From Deltaproteobacteria bacterium (GTDB taxonomy: Bacteria > Myxococcota > Myxococcia > SLRQ01): a DNA stretch of 50,369 bases. A program made the translations under genes and the position numbers. Within the stretch, counting starts at the first letter, position 1; each line of letters starts with the position of its first letter. The stretch is taken from contig SLRQ01000100.1 of assembly GCA_007130885.1 (NCBI GenBank), positions 1-50,369 of the forward strand, read 5' to 3'. This document shows, piece after piece, positions 43,792 to 50,369 of the stretch. The notes beneath the pieces are model-generated. The model worked only from the letters and a program-made list of their open reading frames with translations, was not told where the DNA came from and searched no databases.

Positions 43792-46503
43792 CTAGTACAC
43801 GCTGCCACTGGCGCCGCTGCTTCCAGCGTTCCCGGTGTCGGTGCCACCGATGGAGCACCATCGACTGGCTGCGCTTCCACCAGCGCCGCCGCTGCCATGC
43901 GAGAGGTTGTTGTCTTGCGTATCGGCAGTGCTGTCATGTCTATAGATGGCGTAAGAAGGACCACCGGCCCCGGCCCCACCATGCCCGCCGCGGCCGCCAT
44001 TACCACCCTGCCCGCCGTGACCTCCGACGCCCACTCTGTCGGAATCACGGGTGGCTCCCAGTCCGCGGCTGCCTCCTGCTCCCGGGCAACCACCCCTTCC
44101 ACCGTTGCCACCCCTTCCGCCGTTGCCGCTCGAGATCGTATTATTGTGAAGTGTGGCCCCAGTTGATGAAACGAGGAACAAACCGAAGGAGCCGCCGCCA
44201 CCAAGACCATGACTTCCGTTGGTGCCACGGCAACCGCCGCCACCACCTCCGCCTCCACCGTTGCCGGTGCCGTCGGTGCAATAGGGCAGCACCCCAGCCC
44301 TTCCTCGACCACCACCTCCACCACCACCACCTCCACCGTTGCCGTGCGTACCATGAGTTCCCGAGGAGCCGTTCGCGCTTCGCCAGTAGTTGCTGACTAG
44401 CGATCCACCCGAGCCCGCAGCTCCGTTGGCGCCGTCTGAACCATGAGCGCCGCTGTTGCCGTGGGTGCCGTCTCCATCTCCGGCACAGCCGCTGGCCGGT
44501 CCTCCGGTACCGCCGTTGGAGTTGTGAGTGCCCGTGAAGCCGTTCTCTCCAGCTTCGTTTCCGTAGCCTCCGCTGCCTCCCAAACCACCAGGCCGAGAAC
44601 ATGGTGATGTACCACGAGCCCCCCTGTTCGGTGTGACGTCGCCAACGTCAGCTCCGTCACCACCTCTGCCGCCATTTCCTCCCGGAGCGCCATCGGAGCC
44701 GTCGATACCGCCGTCTCCACCGGCCCCATCACCCGCATCCAGTGTGCTGTTTCTCAATTGCAGTCCTCCGCAACCGACACAATGCATGGCGTAGTTACTA
44801 ACTCCGTTTCCTACGGCGTTCGGGGTCTGAATGGTGAGTCTGTCCAGGACAGTGGTCGAGGTAATGTTGTTACCCTGCACCCCCACGATTCGATTGTTTG
44901 ATATGTCGCCGTTGTGACTGATGATGACTTGGTATGAGTTACTTCGCTCCCAGGTGTCGGCATGGTAGCCACCGTAGACCGACACTTCGTTGATCAGATC
45001 TATCGGCTCGGTGGTGGTGTAAGTGCCGGCCGCCACATAGACATCCTTGTCGACCAGAGCGGCGGCGGCGATGCCGGCCCGGATCGTATGCATGGGAGCA
45101 TCTATGGTGCCTGGGTTGGAATCATCTCCGCTGGCCGAGACAAAAATGGCCATATTGACGTCACCGTCGATGCCATCACAGTTGGAGTCAATGAAGTCGT
45201 CATCCGGAAGATCGGGACCCGGCACGGGAGTACACTCGTACTCGCAGCCCGTGCTGACATCTCCATCGAGATTGACCCAGCCGGCAAGGCAACCCTCGAA
45301 GTCGCAGGAGCCGTTAGAGCAACCGACGTGCGAGTTTGAGAATAGGAGGGAGCAGTCGTTGCCGCAAGAGCCGCAGTGATCCGTGTCGCTGGAGAGATCC
45401 GTCTCACAACCGGTCAAAACGTCGCCGTCGCAGTTGCCGAAGCCTGGCTCGCAGACCAACAAACAATCGCCGGTCTGGAGGCAGACATGACTGTCGGGGC
45501 AGTCTTCGTCCTCGACACACTCCACGCACGCATCGCCGTCGCGGTTGCAGACCAGATCCTGCTCGGTGCAATCCTCGCAAGAAGACCCGCAATGCTCATC
45601 CGTATCACAGTCGGCGCAGACGCCTTCTAGATCACAGTAGGTTCCCTTCGGGCAATCGATGGGCGTGCCGACACACTCAGAGCCGATGCACTTCTCATCC
45701 ACCGTGCACGGGTCCCCATCATCACAAAGGCGGCTTTGCCTCCAAGCCCAGACTCCATCCATGAGGGTGCAATGGTACGTCAAAGAGCCACAGCTTCTGG
45801 ATTGGCAGACAGAGTCCTCGCTGCAAGTGGAAACATCTCCTTTGGCGCATGTGCCGGAGGCCAGGTTCAACCCGCAACCCAAGCAGACCCTCCCCGTGGT
45901 TAAGGTCTGGTCGGTGCAGATGTCTTCGCAGGCTCCCGGCTCGGTTTCGCATCCCACGTCGGGATGACATCTTGCATGACAGCACTCGTTGTCCGCTCCC
46001 ACGTCGCAGCCGGTGCGTGTGGGCGTGCATGTACAATCGGAGCAGTCTCCCTCGCCGTCGCAGTAGCGAACGCAATGGGGTGAATAGGTCAAGAAATCAC
46101 CAGCGTCGCATTGGTCCAAAGGACATGAAGATTCTCCGCACACAGCGGTCTCCGGGTGCCACTCGCAGGCGCCCTCGCCGTCGCAAACCCCGGTGGTGCC
46201 GCAGGACTCGGGTGGCTGCTGCACACAATCGTCGTTCGGATCCTCCCCCTCCTCGATGAAGGAGCAGATTCCCTCGAGGCCCGGCAAGTCGCAGGCCTCG
46301 CACTCTCGATCACATGGAAGATCGCAGCAGTATCCATCCACGCACAGTTCGAGGGAACCACATAGAATCTCGGCGGACTCGAGATCGCAAGGGATCGCCT
46401 CCGACTCGGGGTCCGTCCAGGGATCGGACCCACAAGCCGACAAGAGCCCCGCGCAAAGGATCAAGAGCGCCGGCAAGCAGTAAACCCACCGTTGAAAGCC
46501 CAT
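43792..46503 (-). CDS. large secreted lipoprotein: Cys-rich N-terminus with CDG-type motifs, a predicted right-handed beta-helix, and a Gly-rich C-terminal half (paralogous in architecture to 35946-39695)
   Basis: The start at 46503 (MGFQRWVYCLPALLILCAGLLSACGS) has a lipobox and an upstream G-rich RBS. It has a Cys-rich region with CEPGFGNCDGDVLTGCETDL and CDGIDGDVNMAIFVSASGDDSNPGT. The latter is homologous to the NCDGLDGDLEWGVFVRP block of the operon gene. The C-terminal ~450 aa are GGxGG/GNGG repeats. Confidence 0.8.
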   Translation of the reverse strand: MGFQRWVYCLPALLILCAGLLSACGSDPWTDPESEAIPCDLESAEILCGSLELCVDGYCCDLPCDRECEACDLPGLEGICSFIEEGEDPNDDCVQQPPESCGTTGVCDGEGACEWHPETAVCGESSCPLDQCDAGDFLTYSPHCVRYCDGEGDCSDCTCTPTRTGCDVGADNECCHARCHPDVGCETEPGACEDICTDQTLTTGRVCLGCGLNLASGTCAKGDVSTCSEDSVCQSRSCGSLTYHCTLMDGVWAWRQSRLCDDGDPCTVDEKCIGSECVGTPIDCPKGTYCDLEGVCADCDTDEHCGSSCEDCTEQDLVCNRDGDACVECVEDEDCPDSHVCLQTGDCLLVCEPGFGNCDGDVLTGCETDLSSDTDHCGSCGNDCSLLFSNSHVGCSNGSCDFEGCLAGWVNLDGDVSTGCEYECTPVPGPDLPDDDFIDSNCDGIDGDVNMAIFVSASGDDSNPGTIDAPMHTIRAGIAAAALVDKDVYVAAGTYTTTEPIDLINEVSVYGGYHADTWERSNSYQVIISHNGDISNNRIVGVQGNNITSTTVLDRLTIQTPNAVGNGVSNYAMHCVGCGGLQLRNSTLDAGDGAGGDGGIDGSDGAPGGNGGRGGDGADVGDVTPNRGARGTSPCSRPGGLGGSGGYGNEAGENGFTGTHNSNGGTGGPASGCAGDGDGTHGNSGAHGSDGANGAAGSGGSLVSNYWRSANGSSGTHGTHGNGGGGGGGGGGRGRAGVLPYCTDGTGNGGGGGGGGGCRGTNGSHGLGGGGSFGLFLVSSTGATLHNNTISSGNGGRGGNGGRGGCPGAGGSRGLGATRDSDRVGVGGHGGQGGNGGRGGHGGAGAGGPSYAIYRHDSTADTQDNNLSHGSGGAGGSAASRWCSIGGTDTGNAGSSGASGSVY

Positions 46504-46910
46504 GAATGTCCCCCCAACCATAGGAGTAGGACTGCCACAATACGAATGATGATTGAACTCGGGTAGACAGTCTACCATTGTGGGGCGGCTCCGAGGACAT
46601 GAGCCACATCCTGACTCGTTCTTCCCAGGGCCGACGCTATCTCTCTCCTCGCCGGGTGGCTCCGGCGGCAATGGCGGCGTGCGAGGAGTGGTACAGGGCT
46701 TGCTCGCGAAGGAGGGGAGAAGACGAGTCGATCACCGCGCGCACCACCCAGTCATCGAGGTCGCCGGTGCCGGCTGGCAAAGCGACCGTACTCGCACTCG
46801 GCCTTCGCATCCACGGCCCAGTGCATCTTGTTCTGCACCGTCTTGAAGACCAGCTGCGAAGCCTCCGGACGCAGGCACGTCCGCCCGTAGACACCACCGC
46901 TCTTTGCCTA

Positions 46911-48491
46911 TTACCGCCTGGCCTCGGAGGAGGAGCCACGCCTTCTCTTCCTCCGATGGGTCTCGAGACCATCTAGAAAACTCTCGGAATCTTGAACTAT
47001 ACGAGTCCTTCTCGTGGCTTCCATTCGACGTAAAGTATTGTATGGCATTGCCATTCTTGGATTGGCAGCAAGCCGTTCCTCGTTTTGAATCAGGAAATAC
47101 CAATAGAGGTAGTTGAAGGGACAGGCGCCCTTGCCCAACTTTCGTCGATGATCAAAGGAGCAGTCACGACAGAAATCCGACATTCGATTGATATAACTTG
47201 CGGAGGCGGCGTAGGGCTTCGAGGCGAGCAAGCCTCCATCGGCATACAGCGCCATGCCGTGCGTGTTTGGAAGCTCTACCCAATCATAGGCATCAGCATA
47301 CACGACTAGATACCATTCCTCGACCTCGGAGGGCCTAAGGCCGGCTAGGAGCGCAAAGTTTCCTGTCAACATCAGACGCTGTATATGATGTGCATACGCA
47401 TTCCGTCTGGTATCCTCGATTGTTCGGCGAAGACACACCATGTCGGTGCGGCCCGTCCAGTAGAATGAGGGTAATTTTCGTTTCGCCGAGAGATAATTTC
47501 CTCTGGAGTACTCCGGCATCTTCAGCCAGTACACTCCGCGAACGTACTCTCGCCAGCCTAGGATTTGCCGAATGAAACCCTCCACGCTGTTCAAGGGAGC
47601 GCGACCGCTCTCATACTCCCGCAAGGCCGCCTCGCATACCTCTCGAGGTTCTAACAGCCCCAGGTTCAGATACGGTGAGAGCGCTGAATGAAACAAACGC
47701 GGCTCGGCACTCATCATCGCGTCTTGATAGTAACCGAAGTCCGGCAGACACTTTTTAACGAAATGCCGCAGCGCCTCGAGAGCTTGCGTTCGCGTAGTCC
47801 CCCAGCTGAAGGGCTCGAGATCACCAAAATGCTCCTTGTAACGTTCCTCAACCAGGTCGATGATCTCCCTGGTTACAACATCGGTTTCAAATTCCGGCGG
47901 AGCCGGGATTCGAACGCCGCCGTGCAAGGAGCGCCTATTCTCGACGTCATAGTTCCAGCGGTCACCCTCCGGAGAATCGCCGCGCATCAACCACCCCGTC
48001 CCGCGCCGCATCTCATGATAGAAGCTCTCCATACGTAGAGTCTTACGTCGTTTGGCCCAACCAGCGAAGCGCGCTCTATCGCAGATATACCTGTCGTCAG
48101 GCAGAACTTGCAACGAACCGATGAAGTCGTTCGGGGAGCAAATCATGGCCTGGACGCGCCATTCGGACGGCTCCGTCATGATTATATCTTTTGGACGATG
48201 GCGACCTATTGCTCTGTTCAGCTCGCTGGATATTGAACCGGTATTTCTGGAATCGGTCAAGGTTACGTAATCGACACGAATACCATTTGCTCGAAGCTCA
48301 TTCGCAAAGTGACGCATCGCCGACAAAATCAGCACAATCTTCTGCTTGTGGTGACGAACGAATGTCAACTCATCATGGGCCTCAACCATGAGAACCACGT
48401 CGCGGTCGCGATCGATATCTCGCAAAGAGGATAACGACTGTGACAGCTGATCTTTGAGAATCAATCGCAGGGCGTGAGTTCGTCTTGGCAT
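46911..48491 (-). CDS. cryptochrome/photolyase-family protein of the FeS-BCP / (6-4)-photolyase PhrB-like class
   Basis: It is a 526-aa protein with a photolyase alpha/beta N-domain and an FAD-binding helical domain. The C-terminal four-Cys cluster motif is DFCRDCSFD...GKGACPFNYLYW, as in [4Fe-4S]-containing bacterial (6-4) photolyases/CryB. The region is AT-richer than its surroundings. Confidence 0.85.
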   Translation of the reverse strand: MPRRTHALRLILKDQLSQSLSSLRDIDRDRDVVLMVEAHDELTFVRHHKQKIVLILSAMRHFANELRANGIRVDYVTLTDSRNTGSISSELNRAIGRHRPKDIIMTEPSEWRVQAMICSPNDFIGSLQVLPDDRYICDRARFAGWAKRRKTLRMESFYHEMRRGTGWLMRGDSPEGDRWNYDVENRRSLHGGVRIPAPPEFETDVVTREIIDLVEERYKEHFGDLEPFSWGTTRTQALEALRHFVKKCLPDFGYYQDAMMSAEPRLFHSALSPYLNLGLLEPREVCEAALREYESGRAPLNSVEGFIRQILGWREYVRGVYWLKMPEYSRGNYLSAKRKLPSFYWTGRTDMVCLRRTIEDTRRNAYAHHIQRLMLTGNFALLAGLRPSEVEEWYLVVYADAYDWVELPNTHGMALYADGGLLASKPYAASASYINRMSDFCRDCSFDHRRKLGKGACPFNYLYWYFLIQNEERLAANPRMAMPYNTLRRMEATRRTRIVQDSESFLDGLETHRRKRRRGSSSEARR

Positions 48492-48717
48492 TTGTTCTTC
48501 CGGAATGGGGTACCGCTAGCAGTAGAAAAGGCGAGATCGGCTTTCCAATCCCGCCTAATCATCGTCTCGTCGCGCGACTAGGGCTTTATTCCGAACGACA
48601 TGACACGCTGCAGCTGGTGCTCGACCGCCCGCGGATCCGCTTTTTCTTGCTTGTACGTGGGTCGATGCTCAATGTCCCGGGGCAGCATGACATTAGCGAG
48701 AGGTTCCCAAATCGCTT

Positions 48718-49227
48718 GTGAACAACTCACCGTGGGAGAAATTCATGGGACGGATGATCGGAAGCAGGAACAATTTGCCGGAAGCTACTAGAGAGAAGGT
48801 ATCGCAACTATTGAACGAGCAGGTGGCATCCGCCATTCATCTTCAGCTTCTAGCCAAGCAGGCGCACTGGAATGTTCGAGGGTCGAACTTCCGCTCTCTT
48901 CATAAGCTGTTCGATGATGTGTTCTCGGCCGCGACGGTATGGGCGGACTCGCTTGCGGAGAGAACGGCTCAGCTAGGCTGGACGGTCGACTCCACTCTCG
49001 AGTTCATTGGCGCTCGCACCAACCTACCTCCAGTAGCAGCAGAGCTATCGGACGGCCAAGGTCTTGTCGATGGCCTGGTCAAGGCTCTGTCGACCTTCGG
49101 TGCCAATGCAAGGAAGTGTATTGAGCAGACGGAGGAGGAGGGCGACATGGCAACTTCCGACCTGTTCACCGAGATCTGTCGCGGAGTGGACGAGAACCTG
49201 TGGATGGTCGAGGCGCACCTGCAGTGA
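48718..49227 (+). CDS. dps: Dps (DNA-binding ferritin-like protein from starved cells)
   Basis: It has the Dps signature LLAKQAHWNVRGSNFRSLHKLFDD (compare HWNVKGPNFFTLHEKFEE). It is ~165 aa and is transcribed divergently from the photolyase gene. Confidence 0.9.
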   Translation: MNNSPWEKFMGRMIGSRNNLPEATREKVSQLLNEQVASAIHLQLLAKQAHWNVRGSNFRSLHKLFDDVFSAATVWADSLAERTAQLGWTVDSTLEFIGARTNLPPVAAELSDGQGLVDGLVKALSTFGANARKCIEQTEEEGDMATSDLFTEICRGVDENLWMVEAHLQ

Positions 49228-49590
49228 TTGCGCTTCCTTGTAACTCGGCACCATCGACCCGCCTTGATGACACTTGAGCACGAGATACTCGCTGGAGAGA
49301 TGCAGTTGCTCAAGGGAGCGGCCGGGAAGGGGGCAGATAGGCCTCTCGGTCACATCGGCGGAAAGCAGCGGGCTCGCCATAGAAGCAGTCTTGGTGTGAT
49401 GCCGGAGTACTCGGCCAACCGTGGGTCTTCGTCTTTAATGATGGATCTGTGTGTTGGGTGCCGATGGGGAAGGGACTATAATTACCCATTCTTCGCCGAT
49501 TCGCTCCAAGCGGTCGGGTGATGAAGATGAGGACGAAGACGACGGTGACGGCGCGTGGGGCGTGGTGCCGCGTTCCGTCGACTCCGAGCG

Positions 49591-49736
49591 CCCCCAGAGG
49601 TGCCCCCCCAGAGGTGCCATCCTCTTGGAGAAGAGCTTACCCCCCAGAGGTGCCATCCTCTTGGCCCCAGAGGTGCCATCCTCTTGGAGAAGAGCTTACC
49701 CCCCAGAGGTGCCATCCTCTTGGAGAAGAGCTTACT
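49591..49736. repeat. REP-like tandem array of short imperfect palindromic units (5 copies of ccccagaggtgcc; 4 copies extended to ccagaggtgccatcctcttgg +/- agaagagcttac)
   Basis: Directly repeated units carry internal inverted symmetry (ccagagg / cctcttgg, ctctt..aagag). The array lies ~160 bp upstream of the start of a RAYT-type transposase gene. Confidence 0.6.
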
Positions 49737-49893
49737 GGGAGCAAGCGGTCGGTCCAAACTTCGGTCATCCCGTTCGAAAGTCGGCCAAGCCAACAAGGTC
49801 CGTGCTTTCCCATTAACTCTTCAATTCCTTGAAGATACAGCAGGTTAGCGAAGCCTCTCGAACCTGGAAGGGTTCCTGCATGGCAACTTCAGC

Positions 49894-50369
49894 ATGTCAC
49901 GCCCTCTCCGCTACTCTAATCCTTGGCAGCCCATCGAGATTACCGCCCGTACTTTTCAGGGACGCCATCTCCTTCGCCCTTCCTCTCGGCTCAACCTACT
50001 GATCGCCGGCGTTCTTTCTCTGGCAAAGGAACGCTACAAAGTTCGCATCTTCAACTTCGTCTTTCTCTCCAACCATTTCCACATCATTGCAGCAGCCCCA
50101 TCTTCTTGCGTCATGTCCGCGTTCATGGGCTTTGTCATGAGCAATGTCGCGAGGGAGGCAGGCCGTCTTCACAACTGGCCCGGCAAGTTTTGGGAACGCC
50201 GCCATAGAGCCATTCCTATTGCAGACGACGCTTCTCTTATCGGCCGCATGCGCTACATCTTTGAAAATGGCTGCAAGGAGGGTTTGGTTTCCCATCCAGC
50301 AAAATGGGCGGGACTCAATGCTGTCGATGCCTTGACCAAAGGCAAGACCATTGAAGGCATCTGGGTGAA
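49894..50369 (+). CDS. IS200/RAYT-family (Y1, HuH) tyrosine transposase, 5' part (continues past the window end)
   Basis: The frame from the ATG at 49894 (MSRPLRYSNPWQPIEITARTFQGRHLL...) contains the HuH motif in hydrophobic context (FVFLSNHFHIIAA). The downstream block FWERRHRAIPIADDASLIGRMRYIFENGCKEGLVSHPAKWAG parallels E. coli TnpA-REP (FWEHAIRNEKDYRRHVDYIYINPVKHGWV..DWPFS). There is no stop before the window end. Confidence 0.7.
   Translation, partial: MSRPLRYSNPWQPIEITARTFQGRHLLRPSSRLNLLIAGVLSLAKERYKVRIFNFVFLSNHFHIIAAAPSSCVMSAFMGFVMSNVAREAGRLHNWPGKFWERRHRAIPIADDASLIGRMRYIFENGCKEGLVSHPAKWAGLNAVDALTKGKTIEGIWV

Noticed and set aside
46578-46976. Small ORFs in the 400-bp gap between the Gly-rich lipoprotein start and the photolyase gene
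   Set aside because: They have no RBS or motif support. The region is probably a divergent promoter or terminator region.
49591-49736. Possible CRISPR array
   Set aside because: The intervening segments are only 4-12 nt and not unique (agaagagcttac recurs). Unit spacing is irregular. The array is better explained as a REP/minisatellite-like palindromic tandem array.

Overview
This window is a high-GC bacterial chromosome segment. Its gene content (cysteine-rich repeat exoproteins, MopE-like CDGxDxDCDG metal-binding motifs, RCC1 propellers, sigma-54 enhancer-binding proteins, glycine-rich secreted proteins) is typical of Myxococcota-like deltaproteobacteria. That taxonomic assignment is inferred from content only. 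Several visibly AT-richer patches interrupt it and look like acquired or rearranged islands. From left to right the window contains the following. (1) A cphB-cphA cyanophycin operon, AT-rich, with cphA truncated by the window edge. (2) A small alarmone synthetase (SAS-1) followed by a receiver-like ORF. (3) An outer-membrane/S41-peptidase pair and a 911-aa FN3-repeat lipoprotein. (4) A roughly 4.6-kb SPFH (band-7) island with a small outer-membrane protein, two lipoproteins (one ice-binding/DUF3494-like) and a small membrane protein. The island is bracketed by a ~450-bp direct duplication that includes a truncated SPFH 3' remnant. (5) A sigma-54 enhancer-binding protein (V4R sensor). It lies immediately upstream of a near-consensus sigma-54 promoter that precedes a small-ORF, pirin and SAS-2 operon. 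(6) A rearrangement scar: an internal ferritin fragment and an ACR3 N-terminal fragment abutting arsC-arsR. (7) A GH15 hydrolase. (8) An 1183-aa cysteine-rich modular exoprotein. (9) A tightly overlapping four-gene minus-strand operon. It encodes a 1249-aa MopE-motif/beta-helix/Gly-rich protein, two paralogous giant secreted coiled-coil proteins of unknown function (1526 and 1481 aa), and an OmpA-domain outer-membrane protein. This operon is the best candidate here for an undescribed envelope system. (10) A TNFR/ephrin-like Cys-repeat plus RCC1-propeller lipoprotein next to an ABC-2 exporter. (11) A second Gly-rich beta-helix exoprotein. (12) An AT-richer DNA-protection patch: an FeS-BCP (6-4)-photolyase-like gene divergent from dps, a REP-like tandem palindromic array, and a partial IS200/RAYT-family tyrosine transposase at the window end. 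Many long ORFs in the six-frame track are antisense shadows typical of high-GC DNA and were not called.
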